Source: an uncultured Chroococcidiopsis sp.
GTDB lineage: Bacteria; Cyanobacteriota; Cyanobacteriia; Cyanobacteriales; Chroococcidiopsidaceae
NCBI GenBank assembly: GCA_964248365.1
Contig: CAXTYC010000007.1
Coordinates: forward strand, 98,212 to 162,211
Length of the DNA stretch: 64,000 nt
Direction: 5' to 3'
Shown here: in pieces, positions 42,771-54,558 of the stretch
Numbering within the stretch: position 1 is the stretch's first letter
Layout: every line of letters begins with the position of its first letter
Translations under genes and position numbers: made by a program
Notes under the pieces: model-generated
What the model was told of the DNA's origin: nothing
Databases searched by the model: none
What the model saw: the letters and a program-made list of their open reading frames with translations, nothing else

Positions 42771-43589
42771 TTAATTTAGATAAGTCAAAGGCTTTATGCT
42801 CAATTTCTGGCGGTAGGAGTGCAACATATTAAAGAATTTATTTGTATTAAAACTCCTGGGATCTATTCTAGTGTCTGAGCGATCAACTATCTCATGGGTG
42901 GTAATGCGAGAATCTGGAACTTTACTTTGGGCAATTAACCAAGCTAGAGACTGATATTCAGCATCAGTATAACCGCTATGTCTATGCTTGGAATTACGAC
43001 CATCGGGCGGAGTTTCTAAAGATACATGATAAGCAAAGTTATTCACAGAAGGCGGAAAGTCGGGATCAGTTTTTACTGTTTCTGCACCTTTTTCCCCCAT
43101 AAAAACAGAGTTGGCTGCGCCAAAAGCTCGTTTATCAGGTGGGACGATATACACAACTGTTCCATCTAGCTTAATTAAGGTATGATAACTTGCTTGCTCT
43201 TTTTCATTGATGTGGGGTGTTTGAAAATGATTGATAGCAGATGCGGCAGAGTAAACAGTTTCATGTAGTACTATAATTGGTTGATTGTCTACTTGTCTAC
43301 CGTAAATATCTTGTAGGTAGCGATCGCCATAGTTAAGTGGATTTGCCCAATTAATCTCATATCTTGGTCTATAGTTTAGTGATATATTTTTGTTGGAACC
43401 CAGCCGGAAAGAATTCGGTTGGGATTGAGTATCTGTAATTCGCTCCACAGGTGTAGGCACTGAAGGCAACATTGATATATCAGTTGGCTTTACCTCTGAT
43501 TTTCCAGAAAATAAATACCCAGTAATTGCAATGCATATAGATAGTATAAATATCAATAAAGCTCTGATTTTCCAAACACCCAATTCCAT
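42771..43589 (-). CDS. N-acetylmuramoyl-L-alanine amidase (Amidase_2 family)
   Basis: IVLHET, SYHTLI, RAFGA, HVSLETP, ITTH, DPRSF; N-terminal anchor. Confidence 0.88.
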   Translation of the reverse strand: MELGVWKIRALLIFILSICIAITGYLFSGKSEVKPTDISMLPSVPTPVERITDTQSQPNSFRLGSNKNISLNYRPRYEINWANPLNYGDRYLQDIYGRQVDNQPIIVLHETVYSAASAINHFQTPHINEKEQASYHTLIKLDGTVVYIVPPDKRAFGAANSVFMGEKGAETVKTDPDFPPSVNNFAYHVSLETPPDGRNSKHRHSGYTDAEYQSLAWLIAQSKVPDSRITTHEIVDRSDTRIDPRSFNTNKFFNMLHSYRQKLSIKPLTYLN

Positions 43590-43823
43590 TTTGGTAAAGC
43601 TTATTATAGTGGAAAAAGGAAATTATGAAGTATAAATTTTAAATACCCTGACTGCGGCTGGCGATCGCTCTCCAATATTATTTATATAATATTTCTATCT
43701 TTATGTGTTGTGGATGTAGTAGCGATAACGGTGTTAGCGCTAACACCTCACACAAATATCCTTTGATACTGTCCTTTGCCATTGCGCTAACTTAAAAAAA
43801 AGAGTTTTCTTTACCTAGTAGTT

Positions 43824-44168
43824 ATGGCTCACACTTTTATTCGTACTTGCTCTTTTTACCTAATGGCAGTTGTATCGAGTTTGATAGCTGTTAGCGAGGT
43901 AAATGCCCAGTCCGTTGAACCACAACCCCAACCACAACAGCAATCTTCCCCTACGCCTAACTCAATACCTCCTCATCAGCAGTTAATTCGCCGCGAACAA
44001 GCACCACTACCTTTAGATAGAGTTTATCAAACACCCATTGAGCAGTTTGAACCAGCGTTTACAGATGTTCCTAGAGATCATTGGGCTTATGAAGCAGTGA
44101 CACGACTGTTTTACATTGGAGTAGTCAAAGGCGAAGCCCCTCCCGCTAATCAATCTACTCAATTTTAG
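43824..44168 (+). CDS. small secreted protein with a single SLH domain
   Basis: Signal peptide; FTDVPRDHWAYEAVTRL..GVVKG. Confidence 0.8.
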   Translation: MAHTFIRTCSFYLMAVVSSLIAVSEVNAQSVEPQPQPQQQSSPTPNSIPPHQQLIRREQAPLPLDRVYQTPIEQFEPAFTDVPRDHWAYEAVTRLFYIGVVKGEAPPANQSTQF

Positions 44169-44332
44169 GAGCATTTAAGAGAGATGGGCAAGCAGAGGGA
44201 GCAGAGGGAGCAGAGGGGAGCTGAAAGAATTTAAATATTCTGTCTTGTGTCTCCTCACCTCCTCACTCCTCACCTGCTCACCTCCTGTCTCCTGTCTCCT
44301 GACAACTAACATGGGTCTTTTCAATCTAATCA

Positions 44333-44704
44333 ATGCTTATGGCAGCTGCAAATCGCAAATCCTCTAATACTAATAAGTCAACACAAGAGCAAGTTGTTTA
44401 CCGCGAATTTGGTCTAGATAACTTGGCTGCTGTAGAACGAGCAGTTCCCGAACTTCCCCCTCAACAGCAAAACCTGCGTGTGCAAGCTTCCCGTGCGGGG
44501 CGCAAAGGTAAAACCGTCACTGTGATAACTGGCTTTCAGGCAAAGCCAGAAACTTTAGCAACACTGCTCAAACAACTAAAAACTCAGTGTGGTACTGGTG
44601 GTACAGTTAAGAATGGAGAAATTGAAATTCAAGGCGATCATAAACAGAAGCTGGTGCAGATTCTGACTGGAATGGGTTATAAAGTCAAAATCAGCGGCGG
44701 CTGA
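44333..44704 (+). CDS. yciH: translation initiation factor SUI1/YciH
   Basis: GRKGKTVTVI, LKTQCGTGGTVK, IEIQGDH. Confidence 0.95.
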   Translation: MLMAAANRKSSNTNKSTQEQVVYREFGLDNLAAVERAVPELPPQQQNLRVQASRAGRKGKTVTVITGFQAKPETLATLLKQLKTQCGTGGTVKNGEIEIQGDHKQKLVQILTGMGYKVKISGG

Positions 44705-44763
44705 TAGGATTTTAGATTTTGGATAAGAGATTGGAATTTCTTCTCTTGTGTCCTTTGACTTGT

Positions 44764-44791
44764 GTAGAGACGCGATATATCGTGTCTCTAT
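44764..44791. repeat. REP-like palindrome GTAGAGACGCGATATATCGTGTCTCTAT
   Basis: GTAG-initiated near-perfect palindrome. Confidence 0.75.
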
Positions 44792-45109
44792 GTCTCCTGT
44801 TTTTGGCATATTTATTCTGCTATATGTCTTTTCATTCAAGAACACCCCTACTGGTATTGTCAAATTAAATTGTTTGAGCAATAGCCAGTCACTATTTTCC
44901 TGAAAAACGTTCTTTTTGCTCTAAATAGACACACTAACCCCAGTAATCTGTTGGCTTGAGCGCATTGGTTCCACCATCACATCTCTAGTCATAAAGGCAG
45001 GCAGGGCGATGTCTGTTCGGTTGAGTGTGCTGATAGATGAGTTCACAATCAGCCAAAAACTTTTGCGCCCCTAGCATAAACCTGTCTAAATTTGTCAGAC
45101 TTGGATTTG

Positions 45110-46160
45110 ACGACATAAAAAATAAAGACTTGGAAGTTGGCGACAAAAAAATATTGAACCCCCCTAATACAACACAAATACGCGACATGGCAGCAGGTAG
45201 TACCCTCTAAAAATACAGCGATCCAATGATTAGGGTTATCTGTCGGTATTATGAGCGATCTGTGCTGAAGGTTTCCAATGACTCTCTAAAAATGTAGCAG
45301 TCCTTCTTCTGAGGTTATCTGTTTGTCCCAACGCGGATCTATTATGAAGGCTGTCTAATTTTTAGAAAAAGAACTCTCGGCTTGCCTGATTTTTAGAAGG
45401 GAAAAGTGTGAGCAACACAGATTCCTCAAAATTACATCTGGCGCCAAAAAATAAATTTAGCTAAGTATTGGGTAAATTTAGCTACGAGCCAGAGATCTCA
45501 CACAAGAGGGCTAAATTTATTTTTCCAGCCTGACTTCAGGCAAGTCCAATATTTTTCGAGCATTCCTCCCGTGCCTTCAATGGGAGTATACGGGTGGGTA
45601 ATGAGTTTACATCTAGCGCAAAAAATAAAAATCCAGCCCTCAATAAAAATCTCTCGTCACTAAGAGGTCATTTGTGCGTACGAGCGCGTTACCCTCGCTC
45701 CCTTTGGTTGCCCTCGTCAAATAGCGTTGTGGTGTTGTCCTGTCGGGCGAGCGCGTTGACGCATAAATCAGTTCTAACAAATAACCTCCAACACACAAAC
45801 CTGATTTTTATTTTCAAGCTTCTTGAGATCTTTTAACAAGCCTGCCTTCATTTTTAGAGAGGAAAAGTGTAGGCAATTGCGCCTCATAAAACCCCAGGTC
45901 GCCTCCCGCCAAAAATACAGGCAACCCTCAAACACAGCAGATTTGGAAGGAACGTGCAAAAATTTTAGGTCAGGCTTCAACCTATGCAAATAACTCATTG
46001 GCACAAACAGATTTCTCACAAAAGCCTGACCTAAAATTTCAGGTTCCTTCGCCTCCCACCCATGATGCACGACAAACTACGAGTAAAGCTTTGCCTGTAT
46101 TTTTTAGGCATATTCCAAACCCATTTTTTTCAAGGCAATATTCCAAACCGTTATTTTTAG
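45110..46160. repeat. array of nested inverted repeats, non-coding
   Basis: Paired arms 45147-59/45544-56, 45447-61/45510-24, 45622-33/45803-14, 45670-79/45759-68, 45911-24/46091-104, 45960-77/46022-39. Confidence 0.8.
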
Positions 46161-46427
46161 ACTTCATTGTATAAATAAAAGAAGTCTAATTCGACATTTT
46201 ATCTTAGTTTTTTGTGCCTATACTTTTATTCTTTGGCATCAGCTGACAGGTGGCTTGAGGCGCAGGCTGGCTAATCTTCCTTTGAATACTTTTACTGAAG
46301 CAATAGATGCTTTTAGAACAGCTATGTCTTTTCGATTTTTCGAAGAGTTGACCCTCAATCGTGACCTGTTTGCCTTTTATAAAGCCAGAAGGGGTTACAT
46401 TTGGGCTTAATTATTGTTTAATTCCCG
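46161..46427 (+). mobile_element. IS701-family transposase 3' remnant
   Basis: Manual translation KRSLIRHFILVFCAYTFILWHQLTGGLRRR..FRTAMSFRFF..YIWA*, followed by TTGTTTAATTCCCG; TTAG on both sides. Confidence 0.8.
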
Positions 46428-46486
46428 TTAGAGAGGAAAAGTGCAGGTACATCTTCATTCCTGGTGCTAAACCTAAAGATTCCAAT

Positions 46487-47192
46487 AGACTTCTTGCAAA
46501 AGGTCAATTAGACAGAAGGGCTTTTAAGTAGGCGAAGCTCATAGTTGTACAATCTAGCTATGAGATTAAACCTCAAACCAAAGCGTTTCCGGCGATTTCT
46601 ATAACGGTCAGACAAGATTTTAAACACCTTGAGTTTACAATGTACGTTCTCACCTATAACTCTAATTCTAGCTAGCTCTCGATTCCGCTTTTTATTTGCA
46701 ATGCTTAAATTGCTTCCTCTCGGCTTCTTCTTAGGAGTTTGACTATTAGGGTGAAGTTTTTGAACTCCTTGATCTCCTTGATATCCTAAAATTTTTATGT
46801 CTGCTCTCCAGCGAGTTTTACTATTTCTAAATATTTTGAAATCATGCTCTTTTCCTTTACCATAGGCGGTACAGATGATTTCTCCTGTCTTTTGATTTAC
46901 CACTATCTGTGATTTGAGTGTATGTCTTTTCTTTTTGCCGCTGTAAAACTGATGAATGTTTTTTTGGGGGCGCTAAGCGCGGAGTTTCCGTAACATCTAC
47001 TACCACTACTTCAAGTTGGTAATCAGGATGCGCGTAATTTTTTCTTACCAGGTAGGGCAAAAGCTCTTGAACTCACCAGCACATCTTCAATTTTCCTAAT
47101 AATTCGATATGCTGTTGATTCATTCACCCCCCACGATTGCCCAATGTGAAAGTATGTACGGTATTCTCGACCGTATTCCAATGCCATTAATA
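46487..47192 (-). mobile_element. IS5-family (ISL2-like) transposase pseudogene, 5'-truncated
   Basis: EYRTYFHIGQSWGVNESTAYR, VVVDVTE, YSGKKKRHTLK, RVIGENV, RYRNRRKRFGLRFNLIA in shifted frames; terminal AGACTTCTTGCA. Confidence 0.88.
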
Positions 47193-47214
47193 AGATGCTG
47201 TCTTTATTTTCTTT

Positions 47215-47564
47215 AGAGTCTTTCCTAAAAATCTAGGATTAACTATTTCCGTTGCTTTTTCACTATCCCAAAGCGTGATAGCACTCTCGCAACCTAAATC
47301 CATGCCTACAGCACCAGTATTAGTAAAACGGCGCTCTGGAGTACAAATCACTCTAGAGGAATATTGCCGGCATCGGCTCCTTTGGGGTAAACAATTTTGC
47401 TGCTCTAAATATGAAACCGAATGCTTATAGTGTTTCCATTGTGTTTTCCTATTTGCTATGGCGGCAAGATATAGAGTCGCGTGTAACCGTCGCCAATCGT
47501 GAAGATTTTCTTCCTATTGACTGGTTGGGTAAAGCCTAAAATTGACGCGACCGATTATACTCAT
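47215..47564 (-). pseudogene. tnpB: TnpB remnant of an IS200/IS605 element
   Basis: Manual translation MSIIGRVNFRLYPT..*..WRRLHATLY..EQQNCLP, then after an internal deletion GAVGMDLGC..NPRFL (RuvC-I). Confidence 0.75.
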
Positions 47565-47584
47565 AACCTAAATACTGCAATATA

Positions 47585-47909
47585 GTGTACAGCGGGTCAA
47601 ATCACTTACATTCTCATAGGTATTGCGTTTACAGGATAACATTACATATAGTGTTTGTGAGGAAGTCCCGTAAAAAAGTCATAACCGCCCAAATTCTTGA
47701 GCGGCTTCGGGAAATATTTTCTAGGTTGTGTCAAAACCAAAAAAGTGAGTTATTGGAATTTAGTGGCAAAAAGGATCATGTCCATCTACAAGTAGATATT
47801 TCGCCTGATGTTCCGCCATCAAAGCTAGTCAATACCCTCAAAACTATTTCTAGTCGGATGATTAGGAAAGAATTTGCCAACCACATTAATAAGTTTTATT
47901 GGAAACGTG
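47585..47909 (+). pseudogene. tnpA: IS200-type Y1 transposase TnpA, truncated by IS1
   Basis: HIVFVRKSRKKV, DHVHL HUH motif, LVNTLKTISSR, KFYW; cut before the catalytic Tyr helix. Confidence 0.9.
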
Positions 47910-48868
47910 GGTAGTGCAATTTTGTAAAGGATGGAGAAAAAAGACTAGTTTAACAATTGGATGGCTCAGCTCTTAGCATCTGATTGTAGTGATGAATGAA
48001 ATTCCAGATCGCACCAATGTGATTGCACAGTTTTTTAGAAAATGACAAAGTCTGGCGAACTAAGCGAGAAACCCGTTGTCGCAAGGTGTTATTGAACCGC
48101 TCGATGTAACTAGTCAGTCCTGTCTCCTTACCCACTGCTCGATGGCGTGTGCTGGGCAGCGCCACCGGATAAGACACCCAGTAATCGGTGTAGATCACGG
48201 CGCACTGTCGATACACCCCTGGCATCGATTCCCATAGTGCCGTCGCCGATGCCCCAGAACGGTCGCCAATGTAGCAACCAACAATCTCACGAGTATGTAC
48301 ATCAATCGCTAGCCAAACCCACTGCTCGTTGCCCTTATCATCCACAAATGACCATAACTCATCCATTTGCACTGCCATCGGCTGCTGGGGTTTTGGTTGC
48401 ACCTGCACCTGTCGCGGCACGGCTGCTAAGTATTGGTTGACTACCGCCTTGCAACCAGTCCTCGGACACCTGCATGACACGAGCAATGCCTGCCAGTGGG
48501 ATCTTTTCAAGCAACAAGCGGTCTATTATCGCTTGACTTTCTGAAGAAATCTGTTGCCATTGAGGATTTTCCAGGATTTTCCGTCTTAAAAAATAAAGAC
48601 AATCCTGTTTTAAAGATCCCTCGACCAGCGCTAAAGATACGGAGAATGAGGATTGTCTTTATTTTTTAGAGGTACATCGGATTCCCACGAACTGACGACC
48701 ACAATCTCGGCATTTGTAGTTTTGCTTGCCCCGTCGGGTTCTGCCGTTTTTCATGATGTCATCAGAGCCACAGGTTGGACATAACAAATACGGTTTCATC
48801 TCGAACGATTGTGCTTCACAACTCAGGTTCTTGCTATTTTCCTCTATCCTTTACGAAATTGCAGTACC
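47910..48868 (-). mobile_element. IS1-family element, disrupted
   Basis: 23-bp IRs GGTAGTGCAATTTTGTAAAGGAT / ATCCTTTACGAAATTGCAGTACC; InsA CPTCGS..KQNYKCRDCGRQF and InsB DELWSFV, YTDYW, IERFNNTLRQR. Confidence 0.92.
48574..48678. mobile_element. ~105-bp MITE inserted in IS1
   Basis: Arms TAAAAAATAAAGACAATCCT / AGGATTGTCTTTATTTTTTA; interrupts GRQFV|ENPQW; imperfect GGATTTTCCA/GGATTCCCA duplication. Confidence 0.75.
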
Positions 48869-48958
48869 GATTGTTCAATCCAAAATCCAAAATCTATAGT
48901 CCCCAAAATTCTCTTGCCTCTTGCCTCTTGCCTCTTGCCTTCCGACTTCTCTCGTCCC

Positions 48959-50563
48959 TCACCCCTCACCCCTCGCCCCTCTTCTTAAACGCGACACAAA
49001 CATCTCAAATTCTGGTAATTTCATCTGCACGGCAATTAGGGCAAACACGCCAATGCCAACTATTGCAGACAAACTCAGTTGCAACAACTGTAATAGTAAT
49101 CCTTTACTGCCCCAAAGGTGTTGACAAGCCCAGAGAGTTCCCCAACTAGCTGCCCCTGCCACAAAGCTGCTAGTAGTTAAACTCAAAATAGGTAGACTCC
49201 ACTGGCGCAATGGCAACCCGTTGAGCTTACGATTGAGCAACCATAAAAACATGATTGTTGAGGTGATATTCACCCCTACTGTTGCTAAAGTGATACCAGG
49301 AGCGCCATAGGGTTTAACAAGAAAGAAATCCAGTAGGGCATTGAGAAAGATATTTGCCATACTGACACGAAAAGGCGTAACGCCATCGCCTAAAGCATAA
49401 AACACCCGCACCAAAACATCACGCCCTAGATAAACAAACATTCCCACACCGTAAGCCATTAGTACAGACGCAACTAACTGCGAATCAGCTTGCTTAAAGG
49501 CTCCCCGCTCATAAATCACTTGTACGATACTTGCTGCCAAAGCAATAAATAGCGCCCCCAGTGGCAGCATTGTGATGGCAGTTAGGAGTAAACCCTGACG
49601 AATTCGCAGTTTGAGATTGCCCCAATCGGCTGGAGCAGCAAGCTGGGAAAGCATGGGCAATAGGGGTAGCAAAATTACATTTGAGATAATTCCCAAAGGA
49701 GTCTGTACTATTAGATTGGCATAGTTGAATGCCGCCGCCGCACCAGGAATAGAGGAGGCGAAAAACATATCGGTGTAGAGATTAATTTGTAGCATCCCAG
49801 AAGCAAAGATAGCAGGTGTCATTAGCTTGATTACTTCTTGCATCCCAGCCGAGCGAAAATCAAACCGCAGGCGTAATGTGCCTAGTTTTAACCGCCACTG
49901 AACGATTAGCTGCACTAACCACTGTAGAATTGCTCCTGCTAAAGTTCCCCAAGCTAAAATTTGTCCACCCAATAGAGCAAAAGAGGGCGAGATGATTTTG
50001 TTACCCAGTTGAAAATATAAGATGCCAATTCCAATGATGATTGTGACACTGGAAAATACAGGGCTGATGGAGAGTAGCCAGTATTGATTAGCTGTGTTGA
50101 GCGTACCAAAGCCAATGCCAATTAATCCAGCCAAAATTGCCATCGGAGCCATAATATGCAGTTGTTCGGTTGCGATCGCATGAGCTGTTTGACTTAATTG
50201 GGGACCTACCAGATAAATAAAGAAATCAGCAAAGCAGAATAAAGCAATAGTTAGGAACAACAGCACAAGACTGACTAGGGTAGTGGTAGTTTCTACCAGA
50301 TGGGCTGCTTCCTTTTTATCCCGTTTGGCTAAGACACTGACGATCGCGCTGTGAATGGGTCCATTCACGCCACCTAGCAGCACTAATAAAAAGCCTGGGA
50401 TCAAGTAAGCATAGTTGTAAGCATTAAAAGCGTCACCTGTACCATAGGCGGCGGCGATCGCTTGCTGACGCACCAGCGCCACAAGTTTACTCAGCAGCGT
50501 AGCCACCGCCACAATTCCCGCAATGCCAACCAAAGTTCGAGAGTGCTTCTGTTGTTTTGACAC
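48959..50563 (-). CDS. murJ: lipid II flippase MurJ (MviN)
   Basis: Multi-TM; ATLLSK..RQQAIAAAYG, LLGGVNGP, IYERGAF, RVFYALGD. Confidence 0.95.
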   Translation of the reverse strand: MSKQQKHSRTLVGIAGIVAVATLLSKLVALVRQQAIAAAYGTGDAFNAYNYAYLIPGFLLVLLGGVNGPIHSAIVSVLAKRDKKEAAHLVETTTTLVSLVLLFLTIALFCFADFFIYLVGPQLSQTAHAIATEQLHIMAPMAILAGLIGIGFGTLNTANQYWLLSISPVFSSVTIIIGIGILYFQLGNKIISPSFALLGGQILAWGTLAGAILQWLVQLIVQWRLKLGTLRLRFDFRSAGMQEVIKLMTPAIFASGMLQINLYTDMFFASSIPGAAAAFNYANLIVQTPLGIISNVILLPLLPMLSQLAAPADWGNLKLRIRQGLLLTAITMLPLGALFIALAASIVQVIYERGAFKQADSQLVASVLMAYGVGMFVYLGRDVLVRVFYALGDGVTPFRVSMANIFLNALLDFFLVKPYGAPGITLATVGVNITSTIMFLWLLNRKLNGLPLRQWSLPILSLTTSSFVAGAASWGTLWACQHLWGSKGLLLQLLQLSLSAIVGIGVFALIAVQMKLPEFEMFVSRLRRGARGEG

Positions 50564-50799
50564 GAATAATTCAACTACCGATCACCACATAACATTTAAA
50601 CCTGAATCGAGTAAAAGGGCGATCGCAGTTACCAGTTACCAACTACCAACTACCAACTACCTGCGCTCTATAGTAATTCACAATCCCTGCTCCCCAAATG
50701 TAAACAAAAGATGAATCCTGGGAATACTAAATGCTAAGACTAGCTCTTTAACAACAATTTTCTTGAGAGCTGTCATCACCTAAGTGCAGGAATACGACA

Positions 50800-53700
50800 G
50801 TGACTCCACTGCCTAGTAATGAAATAGCTAGACTCAATGCCTTACGCCGATATGATATTCTGGACACTTTGCCGGAAGAGGATTTTGACGATCTAACGCG
50901 CTTAGCGGCGCAAATTTGTCAGACTCCGACGGCGATAATCAGCTTTGTAGATAGCGATCGGCAATGGTTCAAGTCGAAGGTAGGTTTGACAACACAGGAA
51001 ACTCCCCGTGATACTGCCTTTTGCGCTCATACCATTTTGGAAGATAACCTCTTGATTATCCCTGATGCTTGCTCTGATAAGCGCTTTGTTGACAATCCTC
51101 TAGTTACTGGCACACCTCAAATTCGATTTTATGCTGGTGTACCTTTAGTTACGCCAGATAACTTTGCTCTAGGTTCACTATGCGCTATTGACTATGTACC
51201 CCGCGATCTGAGTCTCCAACAGCAAGAAGCCCTAAAAATTCTTGCTCGTCAGGTAATAACACAACTGGAGTTAAGACGTAATGTAGCTGCTTTAAAACAG
51301 GTTATTCATCAATGTAAGCAAACAGAGCAGGCACTTAGAGAAAATAAAGAACGCTACCGTCGTTTAGTAGAACTATCACCAGAAACAATAGCTATCCATA
51401 GCGAAGGGAAATTTGTATTTATAAATCACACCGGAGCTAAACTGCTTGGTGCAGCTAATCCAAAGGAAATAATTGGTAAACCAATATTAGATTTTGTTCA
51501 GCCAAATTATCAAGAAATTGTTCAAGCACGAATTCGACAAGTTCAGGAAAAAGGTACTCACGCAGAAATAATTGAACAAAAGTTGGTACGGCTTGACGGT
51601 CAGATCATTGATGTTGAAGTCACAGGTATTCCGGTTACTTATCAAGGTAAACCAGCTACGCAGTCGGTCATCATTGATATTAGCGATCGCAAGCGAGCAG
51701 AAGCAGCGCTGCAAGAAAGCGAAAACAAATATCAGGACTTATTTGAAAATGCCAGCGATCTGATTCAAAGCGTTACGCCCGAAGGTAATTTTATATATGT
51801 TAATCGAGCTTGGCAAGAAACCCTTGGCTACAGCGAAGCTGAAATACGACAGATGAAGGTGTATGACATTATTCATTTTGATAGTTTAGTCCATTGCTTG
51901 GAAGTATTTGGGCGTGTGATGTCAGGAGAAAAGTTTGCACAATTTGAAGCTATATTTATTACCAAAAATGGTGAAAGAATCTGGGTTGAGGGCAGCATCA
52001 ACTGTAAATTTGTAGATGGAAAACCAACAGCCACACGAGGAATTTTCCGCAATATATCTGAGCGTAAGTATGCACAAGCAGCACTACAAAAAGCTTATAA
52101 CGAACTAGAAATTAGAATCACCGAACGGACTGCCCAACTAACAAAGACTAACGAGCAATTGCGTAATGAAATTGCCACGAGGCGACGGGCAGAAGAGGGA
52201 GTTATGCTCCTACAAAAAATGACCCAGGCAATTAGCAAGTCGCAAAATTTTCCTGCGTCGCTGGGGGTAGCTCTGCGGCAGATTTGTGAATTCACTGGTT
52301 GGTCTTTTGGCGAGGCGTGGATTCCTTGCCCTGAGAGCAAAGTTCTTAAGTGTAGTCCAGCTTGGTATTGCTCTGACAATACTCCACAAAGCTTCCGCAT
52401 CTTCAGCAAAAAGTTTAAATTTCCATACGGTAATGGCTTACCTGGATCTGTTTGGGCATCACGGCAACCGAAGTGGATTCCCTATCTTGCCGACGAATCA
52501 AGTACAAGTTTTCTTCGCGCCCATTTAGCGTATGCTGCTGGCTTCAAAGCTGGTTTAGGAATTCCCATTATTGCCCACACTACCCCAGGTACTGACCCAG
52601 AGGTACTAGCTGTACTTGTATTTTTTATGTCCGAATCTTGCGAGGAGGACAAGCGCCTAGTTGAGATTGTGTCTACTGTAGCTACTCAACTCGGTTCATT
52701 AATGCAACGTAAACGGGCGGAGGAGGCACTACGGCAAAGTGAAGCACGTTATCGCACATTAGTCAAGCAAACCTCAGAAGGGATTTTCCTAGTTGACGCA
52801 GAAAATAAGCGTATCCTAGAAGCAAATGAAGCATTTGCCAACCTACTGGGCTACACTTGCGAACAACTGTTAGAGTTAACACTTTACGACATTGTTGCCC
52901 GCGATCGCGCCTCAATTGACCGCAATGTACAATCTGCCTTGCGGGAAAAAAACTACTTTATTGGCGAAGCACCTTATCGTCGGTGTGATGGTACTTTGGC
53001 TTACGCGGAAGTGAATGTTAACGTCATCTTTTACGGTGGCAGAGAAGTTTTTTGCATCGTGGCGCATGATGTTACCGAGCGCAAGCGAGTAGAGGAAGCG
53101 CTACGTCAGAGTGAGGAGCGCCTCAAGGCAATTTTGGATAACTCGACAGCCTTGATCTATGTCAAAGATATTGAAGGCAGATATATTCTGATCAACGCTT
53201 GGTATGGTATTCTTTTCCACCTCGAACCAGAAGAAATTAAAGGTAAGACTGACTACGACATCTTCCCGACCGACTTAGCTGATACATTTCGGGCGAATGA
53301 CAAACAGGTGCTGGAAGCCAAAACGTCGCTCGACTGGGAAGAGATTTTCCCTCACGATGACGGTTTACATACTTATCTTTCGATCAAGTTTCCCCTCTAC
53401 AATGCTGCCGGAGATGTCTACGCCATCTGTGGTATCTCCACTGATATCACCGAGCGCAAGCAAGCAGAGGAAGCACTGCGCTCGAGCCTTTCGACAAATC
53501 GCGCCTTGATTAATGCTATGCCAGATTTGCTGTTTCGCATTAGCGGTGATGGCACGTATGTCAACTATAAAGCATCTAAAGACTATGATTTGCTGCTACC
53601 TCCTGCGGAATTTTTGGGCAAAAAAGTTGATGAGGTGATGCCGCCTGAAGTAGCTAAACCACTAATGCACTGCGTCGAGCAAGCACTTGCTACCCAAGAA

Positions 53701-54543
53701 GTGCAAATTTTTGAATATCAGATGGTGCGGTGGGAACAACTGCACTATTACGAAGCGCGAATTGTTGTGAGTGCCGAAGATGAAGTAATGGCGATTGTAC
53801 GCGACATCACCGATCGCAAACGAGCGGAAGCAGAAATTTGTAATGCCCTAGAAAAAGAAAAAGAACTTAGCGAACTGAAATCTCGCTTTGTGACTATGAC
53901 TTCCCACGAGTTCCGCACACCCTTGACGACTATCTTATCTTCGGCTGAGTTACTAGAAGATTATGGTTCCCGATGGAGTGAAGAGAAAAAAATCCATCAC
54001 CTGCGGCGGATTGTTTTAACAGTCAAACACATGACTCAACTTTTAAACGATGTGCTGTTAATTGGCAAAGCCGAAGCGGGAAAACTACAGTGTAGCCGAC
54101 TGACTTTTGATGTCGTTCAATTCTGCCGTGACTTAGTAGAAGAGATGCAAATGATTACTGACAGCCACCTCATTACTTTTAACCATCAGTGTGGCTATGG
54201 CAAAGTTGATTTAGATGAAAAACTCTTGCGTCATGTTTTGAGTAATTTGCTGTCTAATGCCATTAAGTATTCTCCCAGAGGAGGCAACGTTTATTTTGAG
54301 CTAGCTTGTACTCAAAAAGAAGCAATATTCCGCGTAAAAGATGAGGGAATAGGTATTCCTGATATAGACAAAGTGCAACTATTTGAATCCTTCTATAGAG
54401 CCAGCAATGTCGGCACTATTTCTGGAACAGGATTAGGGCTATCCATTGTCAAACGGGCTGTGGATTTACATGGGGGCAACATTACAGTTGAAAGTGAAGT
54501 TGGAGTCGGTACAACATTTTTAGTTTCTCTGCCATTAAATTAA
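50800..54543 (+). CDS. multi-sensor histidine kinase (GAF, 2 PAS, GAF, 3 PAS, HisKA, HATPase)
   Basis: [17 protein letters not shown]; repeated PAS ends [32 protein letters not shown]. Confidence 0.95.
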   Translation: MTPLPSNEIARLNALRRYDILDTLPEEDFDDLTRLAAQICQTPTAIISFVDSDRQWFKSKVGLTTQETPRDTAFCAHTILEDNLLIIPDACSDKRFVDNPLVTGTPQIRFYAGVPLVTPDNFALGSLCAIDYVPRDLSLQQQEALKILARQVITQLELRRNVAALKQVIHQCKQTEQALRENKERYRRLVELSPETIAIHSEGKFVFINHTGAKLLGAANPKEIIGKPILDFVQPNYQEIVQARIRQVQEKGTHAEIIEQKLVRLDGQIIDVEVTGIPVTYQGKPATQSVIIDISDRKRAEAALQESENKYQDLFENASDLIQSVTPEGNFIYVNRAWQETLGYSEAEIRQMKVYDIIHFDSLVHCLEVFGRVMSGEKFAQFEAIFITKNGERIWVEGSINCKFVDGKPTATRGIFRNISERKYAQAALQKAYNELEIRITERTAQLTKTNEQLRNEIATRRRAEEGVMLLQKMTQAISKSQNFPASLGVALRQICEFTGWSFGEAWIPCPESKVLKCSPAWYCSDNTPQSFRIFSKKFKFPYGNGLPGSVWASRQPKWIPYLADESSTSFLRAHLAYAAGFKAGLGIPIIAHTTPGTDPEVLAVLVFFMSESCEEDKRLVEIVSTVATQLGSLMQRKRAEEALRQSEARYRTLVKQTSEGIFLVDAENKRILEANEAFANLLGYTCEQLLELTLYDIVARDRASIDRNVQSALREKNYFIGEAPYRRCDGTLAYAEVNVNVIFYGGREVFCIVAHDVTERKRVEEALRQSEERLKAILDNSTALIYVKDIEGRYILINAWYGILFHLEPEEIKGKTDYDIFPTDLADTFRANDKQVLEAKTSLDWEEIFPHDDGLHTYLSIKFPLYNAAGDVYAICGISTDITERKQAEEALRSSLSTNRALINAMPDLLFRISGDGTYVNYKASKDYDLLLPPAEFLGKKVDEVMPPEVAKPLMHCVEQALATQEVQIFEYQMVRWEQLHYYEARIVVSAEDEVMAIVRDITDRKRAEAEICNALEKEKELSELKSRFVTMTSHEFRTPLTTILSSAELLEDYGSRWSEEKKIHHLRRIVLTVKHMTQLLNDVLLIGKAEAGKLQCSRLTFDVVQFCRDLVEEMQMITDSHLITFNHQCGYGKVDLDEKLLRHVLSNLLSNAIKYSPRGGNVYFELACTQKEAIFRVKDEGIGIPDIDKVQLFESFYRASNVGTISGTGLGLSIVKRAVDLHGGNITVESEVGVGTTFLVSLPLN

Positions 54544-54558
54544 TCAGGAAAAATCAAA

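Noticed and set aside
44985..46070. Short ORFs 44985-45188, 45594-45836 and 45774-46070
   Set aside because: No recognisable motifs; they overlap or abut the inverted-repeat array and are probably spurious
47215..47564. Active TnpB/omega-RNA system
   Set aside because: In-frame stop, large internal deletion, and the 3' end (RuvC-II/III and right end) is missing
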